Below are positions 9,163-19,563 of a DNA stretch of 64,000 nt, in pieces (the stretch's first letter is position 1; every line of letters starts with the position of its first letter). The stretch is taken from the NCBI GenBank assembly GCA_039189765.1, contig JBCCYL010000022.1:16115-80114 (forward strand). Direction: 5' to 3'. The notes under the pieces were generated by a model. It saw nothing but the letters and a program-made list of their open reading frames with translations, searched no databases and was not told the origin of the DNA. The DNA is from Cyanobacteria bacterium P01_F01_bin.150. GTDB lineage: Bacteria; Cyanobacteriota; Cyanobacteriia; CAKZMO01. A program made the position numbers and the translations under genes.

Positions 9163-10464
9163 TCAAATCTGCCCTACTTCGGCATGGTAGAGCTTCAATA
9201 AATGAGTGGTGTACTCGAAAAACGAGTCATAACAAGTACCGTCCGATACACACTGGGGCTTTGTGTCGTTGTAGCTCATGCGATCATCCGGGCCTCCGTA
9301 CCACATAGCGCCTACCTGCCGTATGCGTTCCTCATGAGACCCTGAAGTCTGGTTCCAATAATCAGAGAGGACAGCCGTTGAAAGTTCTCTCTGGAGAGCA
9401 CAGTCACCCATCAGCTCACTGATAGTGATATCTCGGCCCAGATAGGTGATATCCCACCCGCGAGCGCCCGTGATATTAGCACCCATAATTTGTGTGGCCC
9501 CAATAGCTGCGGTGTGCTTATTCTTAGCAGAGCAGTCACCACTTGATTCCTTCCCAATGAAGGCATTCACCAGTGCAGTCATATGGTGATCGCCACCGGA
9601 TAGGGGGAGCTGCCCTGTGGCAAGAGCCAAAAGCCAGCCGTACTGAGGGTGAACCCGTGTGCCCTGCTCAATTTGCTCAAAATGTAAGTGTGGGCCAGTG
9701 GAACGTCCAGCTCGTCTATCACCTTTCTGACCTCCTGTAAGGGCAATCTCAGCACCTGGAGGATGAACACCTTGATTGCAGCTATTCATATGGCCTAGCA
9801 AAAAGCCTGGGAATTTCCCCGTTTGGTCAAGAGGACGCACAAGGCAAAACAACCCATAGCCGCCTTTATCAAATTGCTGCACAACCTCCACATCAAAAGG
9901 AGCAATCAGCGGGGTGTTCACCGGAACCTTCCAATCAACTCCCTGATGCTTATGCGTCCCTCGGTCCTCTCCAAACTCACCACCAATGGCGTACCCTGCA
10001 ACCACATCACCTCGCACAAGCGGTTTCATGGAACCACTTTGATAAGACACTGACTGCATTTCATAACGGTTGAATCGAAAAAGCTGAGCCAAGAGACTAA
10101 GCAGCATACGGGGTTGGTTCAAAGCAGGACGAAGGGGGGTAAGAAGCATGTGCAGCAAGATAATAATAAAAGTCCCTTTGAGCATCTTCCAGACATCATC
10201 AAATGCGGCAACGACATCATCATGCTCTGTCGTGAAGCGTTCCCAAGCATTCTGACTAGCATCAACACCCTTATCAGCAACATCACGAGCAACCCGCCCC
10301 ACAGTTTCAGCGGTCTCACGATTAATTTCCCGCTGTCGCTCTCGTTGATACTCTTCATACTCACGCCTCACAAACGGGTCTGCCAACTCAATCCGAGCTT
10401 CATCAGAGTCATAGCTTGAATCAGAGACATCAACGGTATTCCACTCACTGTCTCGTAGAGACAT
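9163..10464 (-). CDS. M23 peptidase plus lytic-transglycosylase-like cell-wall hydrolase
   Basis: HQGVD and STGPHLHFE (M23); KESSG...AIGATQIM (lysozyme/SLT-like); TM segment upstream of these domains. Confidence 0.85.
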   Translation of the reverse strand: MSLRDSEWNTVDVSDSSYDSDEARIELADPFVRREYEEYQRERQREINRETAETVGRVARDVADKGVDASQNAWERFTTEHDDVVAAFDDVWKMLKGTFIIILLHMLLTPLRPALNQPRMLLSLLAQLFRFNRYEMQSVSYQSGSMKPLVRGDVVAGYAIGGEFGEDRGTHKHQGVDWKVPVNTPLIAPFDVEVVQQFDKGGYGLFCLVRPLDQTGKFPGFLLGHMNSCNQGVHPPGAEIALTGGQKGDRRAGRSTGPHLHFEQIEQGTRVHPQYGWLLALATGQLPLSGGDHHMTALVNAFIGKESSGDCSAKNKHTAAIGATQIMGANITGARGWDITYLGRDITISELMGDCALQRELSTAVLSDYWNQTSGSHEERIRQVGAMWYGGPDDRMSYNDTKPQCVSDGTCYDSFFEYTTHLLKLYHAEVGQI

Positions 10465-10466
10465 AG

Positions 10467-10676
10467 TTAGTAGTCCTCCTTGTCTCTCTCTTTAAGGCGA
10501 TAGCGGGGCATCTGCTGCCCTTTAGGGCGGTAATGCATATGGGCAGGTTCTCCACGATATCCATCAACAAAGTCACCCACTGCCCATATCCAGAAATGGG
10601 TTGGCTCCATGTTCATGTACCAGGAAAGAGCCGAAATACACATGCTGGCCCCGATGAGGCGAATAAAATTAGCCAT
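10467..10676 (-). CDS. Small membrane protein
   Basis: Hydrophobic N-terminus; tightly packed within the operon. Confidence 0.6.
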   Translation of the reverse strand: MANFIRLIGASMCISALSWYMNMEPTHFWIWAVGDFVDGYRGEPAHMHYRPKGQQMPRYRLKERDKEDY

Positions 10677-10685
10677 GACGGATTC

Positions 10686-10853
10686 TCAAGGAACGAGACG
10701 ATCCAAGGTTTGCTCTAAATGAGACCCTGTGGCGTGTTGAGGATTAAAATTCAGCAGGTCACACAACAAGCTAAATTTCATTAGGGCAAAAGTTGCAAGC
10801 ACAATGGTGAGAAGACCATTGATGAGCTTCTGCACAAAGTCGGTGAATATCAT
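10686..10853 (-). CDS. Small membrane protein, 55 aa
   Basis: Manual translation MIFTDFVQKLINGLLTIVLATFALMKFSLLC...; TAATG coupling to the upstream gene. Confidence 0.6.
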   Translation of the reverse strand: MIFTDFVQKLINGLLTIVLATFALMKFSLLCDLLNFNPQHATGSHLEQTLDRLVP

Positions 10854-11128
10854 TAGTTCCGGTCCCTCCTTCCCGCCTGGTCCAATGGCGCGGTGATAGG
10901 GTCAGTCAAGCGACGCTTACGCCAAACGTCATCACGAGGATTATCAAGGTTTTTACTATCACGAGATGAGTTTTCAATAGCTCGTGTGGCACACTCCATT
11001 CCCTCACCAAATAGACAAGTCACGAGTCGGGCCAAGCCATTAGCATTGATAGCCCCAACTGAAATGCTCAGGATGACAAACCCAGCAACACTCACCTCTA
11101 CTACCGATTCGCCTAAATTTTTAGCCAT
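10853..11128 (-). CDS. Small membrane protein
   Basis: GGAG Shine-Dalgarno, TM helix and operon packing. Confidence 0.65.
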   Translation of the reverse strand: MAKNLGESVVEVSVAGFVILSISVGAINANGLARLVTCLFGEGMECATRAIENSSRDSKNLDNPRDDVWRKRRLTDPITAPLDQAGRRDRN

Positions 11129-11167
11129 AGAACTTACTCCAAAGAAACAGCAAACATTACTCCCGCT

Positions 11168-12574
11168 CTAAAACGTCCCCATACCCCCCACATAATCTTG
11201 GTAGGAAGGAGCAAAGAAGGTGTCGCGGAATTTGACATACAGCGGATTGTTATTAGCAGGTCGCTTACTCTGCCCATCAGGGAAGTCATCACGCTTGGTG
11301 ATGGTCTCACCCCAAATCTTCGACATCGACATGCCTGATGATTTCAAGTTCTCGACCACTGGGGCTATCGCCTCAAACCATTCCCGCATAGCCGCCAACG
11401 GGTCATGGACCGTACTCCAATCAAGCTCTGGCTCAATGGGCATATGGGGGATACCCACAAGGAAGGTCTGGCGGTCAGTCCCAATAAACGCAGCTCGTGG
11501 GCCTACTCCCGCCATTTGGGGATACATCTCTTCTCCACCTGGATATCGCTTCTTGTCTTTGAGCACATCTTCAGTTGGGTTGATGCTCATATGCCGCATG
11601 TTGACTTGCTCTGCTTCTGGGATTTCTGATTGCCCAACGGCGTTGGCCTGGGCCACGGCAAGAATAAACATCTGGAGACCATCCCCCTGACGCAGAACAT
11701 CACAGAACTTGGTCTGCCTATCTTCAAAGAATTTCCTCCCTCTTGTCTTACACCACCCCATGTAGGCAGGTTCCTCATCAAAAAACAGGTAAGCAGGGTG
11801 AAACATCACATCCCCCTTTGTTTTCGTGGACTCCTCCATCCGGTCATTCATAAGGCCCCAAAAGGCAACCAGCACTGCATCAATCTCAGCCATGATGATT
11901 TGGCTTGCTGATTTTGTAGCGATAGTAGAGCTTGGCTCTGGCAACACCACATCACCACGGGCTTCCACTTCTTCAATGCGTTCAGCAACCCGTTTTGTTT
12001 GCCCTTCAGTAATGAACTGAAACCTCACTTCATCAGGCAAGAATTTAAGTCCAGCCCAGGAATGGGAACGTTTCCACGGGGTAGGGGTGGCGATAAAGAA
12101 TGACGACTGGGGATCGTCTTGCATAATCAGCACCAGCAGCAAGGAAAGAAAACGACTCTTCCCTGAATTAGTAGGAGCTGCAAGCATTAAAGAACTCCGC
12201 ACCAACCACTGCTTAATGAGGGCAATGTCCTGGGTGACATAATCTATCTTTTCAACCCCTAAGAGCGATAACCCTTTTTCCACCGCTGGTTTCCCCCAAC
12301 TCATAACATTGGTGTCCACCAGGGCATCACCGAACCTTTCGCCTACCATCATGGGGACAGGCTTAAAGTCTTCCTGCACCAGACGACGGCTTTTTATGGT
12401 GCCGATTCCCACCATAGAGATAGCACCACCGGAGAGGAGACCCAGAAGGCCAGCTACACCGCCATGAATAGCAGAGGCAACTGCGATCACACTGCCTGTT
12501 CCGAGTGCAGTAAGTGACAACAGGGCTGATTCATTTTTGGGAGTATGTTTAGCCTGAGAAGTAGGGTTTGACAC
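11168..12574 (-). CDS. Membrane-anchored FtsK/HerA-like P-loop ATPase
   Basis: Two N-terminal TM helices; Walker A APTNSGKS, Walker B YLFFDEE, LRQG and ILAVAQ motifs. Confidence 0.78.
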   Translation of the reverse strand: MSNPTSQAKHTPKNESALLSLTALGTGSVIAVASAIHGGVAGLLGLLSGGAISMVGIGTIKSRRLVQEDFKPVPMMVGERFGDALVDTNVMSWGKPAVEKGLSLLGVEKIDYVTQDIALIKQWLVRSSLMLAAPTNSGKSRFLSLLLVLIMQDDPQSSFFIATPTPWKRSHSWAGLKFLPDEVRFQFITEGQTKRVAERIEEVEARGDVVLPEPSSTIATKSASQIIMAEIDAVLVAFWGLMNDRMEESTKTKGDVMFHPAYLFFDEEPAYMGWCKTRGRKFFEDRQTKFCDVLRQGDGLQMFILAVAQANAVGQSEIPEAEQVNMRHMSINPTEDVLKDKKRYPGGEEMYPQMAGVGPRAAFIGTDRQTFLVGIPHMPIEPELDWSTVHDPLAAMREWFEAIAPVVENLKSSGMSMSKIWGETITKRDDFPDGQSKRPANNNPLYVKFRDTFFAPSYQDYVGGMGTF

Positions 12575-12576
12575 GG

Positions 12577-13407
12577 TTACTGTTCTCCCTGGTGAAAAAA
12601 TCCACTCACGTTGTCAAAAATAGTTGGATCGTCTGGGGCAACCGGAGACGATACATGCTCTGGTACAGAGTCAGCAGAAGGAACTGATGCGGTTGGTTCA
12701 GAGGGAGAAGTTTGCGGTGAGGCTAAAAATTGCTGCATCTCTCGTAGCCGTCGTCCTTCTCCGGCTGCTTGCCGCAGTTCATCGGCAAAGGCATACATGG
12801 TATCGATATCACTGGGGCGTACATCAACAGGCTCTGGCACCTTTCCATTCGCCAGGTCTTCTATCAGCTCGTTGAGAGCAACCACGTCAATGAGTGTGAG
12901 TTTGGTAGCATTCCAATCTTCTTCTGTGGTGCCCATACCAATTGATGGCTCATCGATGGCTTCCCAGCGCTGGATAATCTGGTCGTACCTGATGCTGATT
13001 TCAGCTTCTTGGGTCCACCGCGAGAGCTTGCGATCAGACTCGATGTTGAAATAGATTTCGTACTTTCGAGCATCAATCATGCGCTCATAAGCTTCGAGGG
13101 CGTCAGCCCTGGTCACATTGAATTTAGAGTTCAACATCCACACCGGATCACTTTGCTGAGTCTCAGCCGTCTTTGCTGCATCTTGTTGAACAATCAAGTC
13201 ATGCTGCAACTGCTGGATACGCTGACCATTTTCAGCATTTTGCTGAATGAGATATTCCATATCATCCTGCACAGCATGGTGAGCACCTGGTGAATTGCCT
13301 CGGAAACTCGACATCACAGAATTCCCTACCCAGATGACGGTAAGACCACCTACCACACAAACACCCGCCCATGTTTTCCATACACCCGCTCGCTTACTGA
13401 CTGGCAT
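12577..13407 (-). CDS. Single-TM coiled-coil protein
   Basis: N-terminal TM, coiled coil and P/S-rich tail; within the operon. Confidence 0.75.
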   Translation of the reverse strand: MPVSKRAGVWKTWAGVCVVGGLTVIWVGNSVMSSFRGNSPGAHHAVQDDMEYLIQQNAENGQRIQQLQHDLIVQQDAAKTAETQQSDPVWMLNSKFNVTRADALEAYERMIDARKYEIYFNIESDRKLSRWTQEAEISIRYDQIIQRWEAIDEPSIGMGTTEEDWNATKLTLIDVVALNELIEDLANGKVPEPVDVRPSDIDTMYAFADELRQAAGEGRRLREMQQFLASPQTSPSEPTASVPSADSVPEHVSSPVAPDDPTIFDNVSGFFHQGEQ

Positions 13408-13412
13408 GGTCC

Positions 13413-13802
13413 TTACTCTTTCGTCGGTAATTGGTATTCGTCTTTGAATGTGTTGAGAGCCATAATGAGAGCTGAGAGATTGGCTGGGTCAATGTCCTTT
13501 AACACCCGCGACCGATGAATAAATCTCTCCACTGATTCAAGCTCCTCAATTGTTGGATTTGGGTTATTCGCTCGTTGCCTCCCCACACATACCCTTGAGG
13601 CAAGCAGGGTGAGAAGTGCCATTGAACCGCCTGTGCCTAACCCGTATCCAATAATGGCTTCGTTAATATCTTGTCTGGATTCCAAATCAAGAGAAGACAC
13701 ATACGTGTTCTGATAGCGAATACTGCCAATGTAGGTGCCCAAGATGAGCATCCCTGATGCCAACGCAAGATCGATAACGCGGAATTTCAGACGATGAATC
13801 AT
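13413..13802 (-). CDS. Two-TM membrane protein
   Basis: Likely start MIHRLK near 13802; the ORF track extends it to 14027. Confidence 0.6.
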   Translation of the reverse strand: MIHRLKFRVIDLALASGMLILGTYIGSIRYQNTYVSSLDLESRQDINEAIIGYGLGTGGSMALLTLLASRVCVGRQRANNPNPTIEELESVERFIHRSRVLKDIDPANLSALIMALNTFKDEYQLPTKE

Positions 13803-14023
13803 GGCTTTGGACAAGGTAAAGGGGAAAAAACAGTTCATAAAGGGAAAAAGCCTACAACCCTTATTGCGTCGTAGCTGTCGGACTGCTCCAGGGGATGATA
13901 TTTCGTGCAGGAATAGACCAGAAGAAACTCTCGAAACGCCTACTGCACCGTACTGTACGCTGCATACTGCACGAAATATTCGGGGGAAATAGCCCTGGTG
14001 GAGATACGGAAAAAAAGAGGAGG

Positions 14024-14457
14024 TCACACAGCAGGAAGCTCAGGCGGTTTCGGCATCTTCGCGGATTTAATCTTGCTAATGATGTCGTCAGCCGATGAAG
14101 CTTGAGGAGCATCGTTTGAGGTTGAGGCGACCGTCACTACCTGAGCACTAGAGTCACCTTGAGGTGGGTCTAGGGTAGACCTACCGTTAGGATTCACGGG
14201 GAATGTAGGGACAGGGTTGGACGGGTTCTCATGAGCAGAGTAGTGGGGTTGGCCCACCATATAACGACCTTGAGACAACACCCACGCTCTAAAGTCCTGA
14301 CCGTACCGTGTGTACATCATGTGGTTAATCTGGGCCTCGGTAAAACAACCTCCCAAATCAGCACTCAAAGTTTGAATAAATTCCTTAGCCCACGGGGTAC
14401 AAGCAGTCTTAGGGTTTCCCTTCGTCTTCTTTTTCCCCGGCTGTGGGGAAGTCATAT
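14024..14457 (-). CDS. Hypothetical protein, candidate ParR-like adaptor
   Basis: Directly downstream of the ParM-like gene; the MTSPQ start overlaps the ParM stop. Confidence 0.55.
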
Positions 14458-15479
14458 CACACCCCCACGACACTACGAATATGCTCATAGGCTCCGCGTA
14501 CACAGGCGGTTCCTGGGTCAGTCGGAACTACAGCAAACTCACTGGCATAGGGAGCAATAAGAGCTGCACCACCTCCGGTAAGCACTCGGTTATTAACCCG
14601 CTGAATGTACTCATCACTGATAAGAGCCTCCTGCACCTGTTCGTACCAAGGAGCAATATACTTTTGTTTCACAATGGCCCAATGCTCGGCACTGATTGAA
14701 CCAATGGAGTCTTTACGGAGACCTGCTGCGATAAGGGCCTCTGAGGGGGGAACATCAGGACGGTTTGAAAGCTTGGATGCCACAAAGGGATCGCTTGCAA
14801 TGGCTTTCACTAAATCAGACACGGTGAGGCTCCTGTCGGGATCGGGACCAAAGTAAGAACCATCAGAACGGATGACACGTTTCTCTGTAGTGCCAAACCC
14901 TAAGACATAGAGCAGAGTGTCACCGTCAGATAAGTCATCATTAATCAGATGCCAGGTGCCCATGCCTTCGGCAAAACCATAAAAGTCAGTCACATTAACT
15001 GTGATGTCGTGCCCATCAACAGTTGCCTGGTGCTGCCCCAAGAGTCGTTCTTGAATAGGGGCAAGCTCATCTTCATCCCAATGAAACCAGCCCAGGATAA
15101 TATCTTGCCCATCATCTTCAGGCCGTAGGGTAGGCAGTAGCATATCAACAGGGTTAGCAGCTTTATCGGCATTGACGGCAAGGATAGCCTTACTACTGCT
15201 ACATGCAACATCACCGTAAAGACGGCGGTAGTCTTTTGTGACAACAGAATGATTTCCGGCATTGCGAGCACGGAGCATTCCCCTATCAGGGTTAGTCACA
15301 TATCCGTTCTGGATAATCATCAAGCCGTGGTTATCCCACACCTTGATTTCACCGTGTCCAGCATCAACCACCTTCACAATAGGTGGAGTGGGGCGATTTT
15401 TAGAGGCACCAGGGGAAGCAGCAGAACCGTTACGAGATTGGGATTCTTTAGCAAGAGAGTTTAGTTGAAGAGTAGTCAT
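14457..15479 (-). CDS. ParM/StbA-family actin-like ATPase
   Basis: Actin-fold motifs VVDAGHGEIK, EGMG, LGFGTT and LTGGGAAL. Confidence 0.85.
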   Translation of the reverse strand: MTTLQLNSLAKESQSRNGSAASPGASKNRPTPPIVKVVDAGHGEIKVWDNHGLMIIQNGYVTNPDRGMLRARNAGNHSVVTKDYRRLYGDVACSSSKAILAVNADKAANPVDMLLPTLRPEDDGQDIILGWFHWDEDELAPIQERLLGQHQATVDGHDITVNVTDFYGFAEGMGTWHLINDDLSDGDTLLYVLGFGTTEKRVIRSDGSYFGPDPDRSLTVSDLVKAIASDPFVASKLSNRPDVPPSEALIAAGLRKDSIGSISAEHWAIVKQKYIAPWYEQVQEALISDEYIQRVNNRVLTGGGAALIAPYASEFAVVPTDPGTACVRGAYEHIRSVVGV

Positions 15480-15529
15480 GATTGTTTACGTAGAGTAGAG
15501 ACAAATAGAAAAGTAGAGATGAGAGAACG

Positions 15530-15853
15530 TTATTCCTGGTAATCCAAGGAAAAGAATTGTTCATAGGCTTTACGCTGTGATTTAGAAAGAGACTGCATCT
15601 GACTAGCCACTTCATTAGTCACCTGCGTTAAAGCCATCGTGATGTCGGTGAAATACGACTGGGGATCATCAGAAATATCAGCAATAAAGCCGTGCTCGGC
15701 ATCAAGCAAATCATTACAGTGAGCAAAGATGCCTCGCAGCACATGATCATGGTCCCCGCAGAAACCACCATCAATAAAGAGGTCAAGGAACGCTTTCACA
15801 GGTTTTGAAACGTGAATCACTTCACGCGCATGGTTATCAGACATAGGAATCAA
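15530..15853 (-). CDS. Hypothetical protein
   Basis: ORF in the same orientation as the parM-like operon. Confidence 0.6.
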   Translation of the reverse strand: MIPMSDNHAREVIHVSKPVKAFLDLFIDGGFCGDHDHVLRGIFAHCNDLLDAEHGFIADISDDPQSYFTDITMALTQVTNEVASQMQSLSKSQRKAYEQFFSLDYQE

Positions 15854-15908
15854 AATGCGTGTGTAGAGGACGATTTGTACGGAAAGGTGTTCAAGGGAAA
15901 AGAGAACA

Positions 15909-16067
15909 TCACTTTTTAAGAGGATGGATACCTTGCACCTGCTGGAGAAGCTCCAGTCTGGTCAAAATATTGGTCAGACGCTCGCTGAATGTGCTGGTCT
16001 CAGGGAGTTCTGTCGTAAATTCTTCTATTTTTTGAATAACGCTGGGCTTGACCGATTTGGTCGGCAT
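15909..16067 (-). CDS. Small putative DNA-binding protein
   Basis: GGAGG Shine-Dalgarno before MPTKSVKPSV...TFSERL; RHH-like pattern. Confidence 0.55.
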   Translation of the reverse strand: MPTKSVKPSVIQKIEEFTTELPETSTFSERLTNILTRLELLQQVQGIHPLKK

Positions 16068-16273
16068 AGTCGGCGTACCTCCAGAACATGAAATTGGTGA
16101 AAACTGCAACAGTGACGAGTCATTGCTGAAAAGGCGACTCGTTGAAACCTCATCAAAGGTTAGTAGTATCGTATGGAACTCATGTTAACATTCAATTGAT
16201 ATCTGTCAACATGCAATTTAGTGCTGATTGCATTCTCACAAAGATCAATAACAACTCAGGAGCTATACTACGC

Positions 16274-16489
16274 ATGTCAATAGCATTACCAAGGGAAGAC
16301 ACGGTGTCTGATCGTTTTACCGTCACCATTCCAGACTCCATCGCTGAACATCTCCAGCACTGGGCCGAGCTTGAAGGGCGAGCCAAAGCTAATCTCGCTG
16401 CATTCATTATTGAGACAGCAGTAAAAAACAGATTCCCTGATGAGTACCCACCGATTCAGGCGCCAGGCACACCACCAGGGAAGACGTAA
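16274..16489 (+). CDS. Ribbon-helix-helix regulator
   Basis: RFTVTIPDSIAEHLQHWAELEGRAKANLAAFIIE; start at 16274 or at the downstream GTG. Confidence 0.8.
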   Translation: MSIALPREDTVSDRFTVTIPDSIAEHLQHWAELEGRAKANLAAFIIETAVKNRFPDEYPPIQAPGTPPGKT

Positions 16490-16730
16490 GGATTTCCTCC
16501 TACACAGACGCAGCCAGGAAATCTTGCGTTTTCAGGAATTTTAACTATTGCGAAACACTAAGAATCAATACGTAGAGCAAAGAAAGTGTGGATACACAAC
16601 GATTTTCTAGTCTTTTCATGCTCCTAAATTCGTATTCTGTAACGATCTTTTTGAGCATGACATGATCTTTCTCGCATATTCATTGTGTATAGTGGTTGGT
16701 GACTTACTGTCCGAGGACTTCCATAATTTC

Positions 16731-17006
16731 ATGGCTTACTCAAAACCTAGGAACCCAGATGGTCGCCCCGCAGACTACGGTGAAACAAAAACACGAGTGA
16801 ATATGTCTCTCACGCCAACGTGCATTGACATCCTCGATCAGCGTGCAAACGAATTAGGTTGTTCGCGTAGTGAAATTGTTGAGCGGTTCTCTCGTAGTCC
16901 AGCGTGCCTAGCAGTTCTCCAAGAACTCATGATGGGCGCACAGGGACCACGTGCTAAAAAGCAACGGGTTTCAAACACAGTAGGTCAACTAGAGCTTATT
17001 TCATAG
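16731..17006 (+). CDS. CopG-like RHH protein upstream of rep
   Basis: GRPADYGETKTRVNMSLT...LGCSRSEIVERF. Confidence 0.75.
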   Translation: MAYSKPRNPDGRPADYGETKTRVNMSLTPTCIDILDQRANELGCSRSEIVERFSRSPACLAVLQELMMGAQGPRAKKQRVSNTVGQLELIS

Positions 17007-17236
17007 AGAGAGGTAAAAGTTACCCAAGAAAAGAAAAGCACAAACGTCAAAAACCCCACTACTTGGCAGGTAGCAGGGTCTCAACAAACTAAATGTAGAA
17101 CTGTACGGATGACTAAACTATGCTTTGGACGGCTGGATTAGTTCAACCACAGGTTAGTTGTGTCTGTATTCTAGTGAATGCCGACCAGTTTTAGCAACTT
17201 TTTTTAAGAAAGGTTGATCTTCAGGCTGTAAACAAA

Positions 17237-18940
17237 ATGACCTGCCCACAGTTTCTACAGAACTGCGGGAATTTTGGAATATCTATTTATCAATTACCTT
17301 CGAGCGGCATCAAGGTGAGGAAAAATAGAACCTCAATTTTTGCAATTGCCAACGACTTCGCATTTCAAGTAGTTCAAGTTGGACAGCAAACAGTGATTGC
17401 AGCAAAAAGCACCTTAACCACAGTCTCCTCATATGTAGAGGAGAACGATAACGAATTTCTTGCTCTTTGGCCCCACCGTTACGATTACCTCTGGTCTCCC
17501 CATCCCAAACCAGGTACTGCACCTAACTGGAAAACTGAATCAAGACACCCACTCAGTGACCGTCTCATTACACAAGGGTCATATCTGTATGGTGTCCGGT
17601 TTGGACCAATGACTAAGTACTGCATGTTAGATATAGACGGAGGAAGTCTCTACCATCCCCGGCGTGATCCCCTTGGAATAGAGCGCATTAGAGCTACTCT
17701 GGAACCGCTTGGGCTAGTGGAGAGTATCTGCTGCACTTCGAGCTACAGTGGGGGGCTTCATCTCTATTTTCCGTTTGAGCATGAGATTAAATCCTGGGCT
17801 ATTGCGTTGACGGTGACCACTCTGCTTGAAAATGCTGGGTTCACCATCATGCCTGGGCATCTTGAAGTGTTTCCTCACGCTAAACCGTATGTCACTAATG
17901 GTGAGACAAGTCTCTATAACGGGCATAGACTTCCCTTACAGCAGGGGTCTTATGTGCTCAGTAAAGATATGTTCCCCATCTATGCAGAGAAATCCAGGTT
18001 TGTAGAGCATTGGAAATCTGTCCAGCAGAAAAATGATGTTAACCAGAAAATCCTGAGCGAAACGCTTAACCGTGCTCGCAGGATAAAGTACCCGATGTCT
18101 ACTAAGGCTAGTAAGTTTTTGGGAGACCTCAATGCAGAGATTGAACAGGGGTGGACTGGGCCAGGGCAGACTAATCACATTCTCGGTCGCATCACCATGC
18201 GCTCATACATCTTTGGACACGTCCTCAACTCGCCCAAACCATTAGAAGGTGATGACCTGGCCCAAGACATTGTTGAGACAGCCAAAGCTTTACCAGGATA
18301 TGAAGAATGGTGCCAGCATCAGCATGAGATTGAATCCAAAGCCATTAAATGGGCCAGGTCTATTGAGAATAGCCATTACTACCACTACGGGGCAGGGAAG
18401 AGTAAAAAGCTAAAGGAGGAAGAACCAACAGAGCAGAAGGATAACGGGCCTACATGGAACGAGACTCAGCAGAATGATGCAAGAGAAAGAATAGGAGACG
18501 CTGTTCGAGACATGCTGGAGAAGGATACTCTACCAGTTCAAATAACAGCACGGTTCAAAGCTATCAGCAAGTACGGGATTAGTGGAAAGACACTTTACAA
18601 GCATATGGACCTGTGGCATCCAGACCATATGTTTTCCACAGAAGAGGAGGAACAATCAGTTCCCCCCTCAAACGCCCCCCATCTTCATAAGGGAGGCGAC
18701 GGGTCAGTCGGCTTTGAGGCCACTGACCCACGCACCTACCCAAGCTTATTAGTAGAGAAAGAGTGTAATACCTTAGCTGATAAAGATTTGAGTACTCATG
18801 CAAATAGCGATTTTGATAACCCTGGGTGTAATGAGTCTGAGACTGCTGAAAAACTCCCTGCGGAAGGGATACAACTCGTGCTTGAGGCTCTAGCACGTAT
18901 TAAGCAAAAACAACGCAAAGAGAAGCTTAACAAGGAGTAG
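17237..18940 (+). CDS. AEP primase-polymerase-type plasmid replication protein
   Basis: CMLDID, SGGLHLYF and HRLPLQ motifs, then GWTGPGQTN helical region and C-terminal HTH (GISGKTLYKH); start uncertain. Confidence 0.78.
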   Translation: MTCPQFLQNCGNFGISIYQLPSSGIKVRKNRTSIFAIANDFAFQVVQVGQQTVIAAKSTLTTVSSYVEENDNEFLALWPHRYDYLWSPHPKPGTAPNWKTESRHPLSDRLITQGSYLYGVRFGPMTKYCMLDIDGGSLYHPRRDPLGIERIRATLEPLGLVESICCTSSYSGGLHLYFPFEHEIKSWAIALTVTTLLENAGFTIMPGHLEVFPHAKPYVTNGETSLYNGHRLPLQQGSYVLSKDMFPIYAEKSRFVEHWKSVQQKNDVNQKILSETLNRARRIKYPMSTKASKFLGDLNAEIEQGWTGPGQTNHILGRITMRSYIFGHVLNSPKPLEGDDLAQDIVETAKALPGYEEWCQHQHEIESKAIKWARSIENSHYYHYGAGKSKKLKEEEPTEQKDNGPTWNETQQNDARERIGDAVRDMLEKDTLPVQITARFKAISKYGISGKTLYKHMDLWHPDHMFSTEEEEQSVPPSNAPHLHKGGDGSVGFEATDPRTYPSLLVEKECNTLADKDLSTHANSDFDNPGCNESETAEKLPAEGIQLVLEALARIKQKQRKEKLNKE

Positions 18941-19563
18941 ATAAATGACTATGGGTATGGTAAAACCTAATGGGATAAAGACTCTAAGTACTATAACCAG
19001 CATTGGCGATGTCCCATTTGTCATGCCCCCTTGTTCAATAGAGAAGCGCTACACACCCCTCATTTCAAGCAACGCAAAGATGGCGGAATTGATGGAGAGG
19101 AAAATCTCATCCACCTGCATCAGACGAAGGGAGATTTGAGTAGAGGAAGGATTGAGCAGCTTGATGGGACAACTATCACAAGCCGTTCTTAGGGGAGGGG
19201 CACACGGTGACATGTAATCGCTGAAACGACGTAAATCCCTTGTCTTGAAAGGGTGATTTGGAGAACATATTAATTGACATTGCAAAACGACATTTCTGAA
19301 AATACTGCTACGTAAGGGTTTTAGCCTTATTGCACTATGTGACAGCAACCTTTCAATTGGGCCTTGTTGCAGCTCGATTAGCAGTAATAACTCAACTACG
19401 CCTTGTAGATTATTGCCATCTCAGCTAGTATCAATCTATTGAAGTACTTTATTTCATAAAACACTTCAATAGATTGGAGATATAGGCAGAAGCTATTCTG
19501 AATATTTCTCAACATACAACTCTAAAAATCAAGTAAACAATAATTTTAATTCATCAGGTTTTA

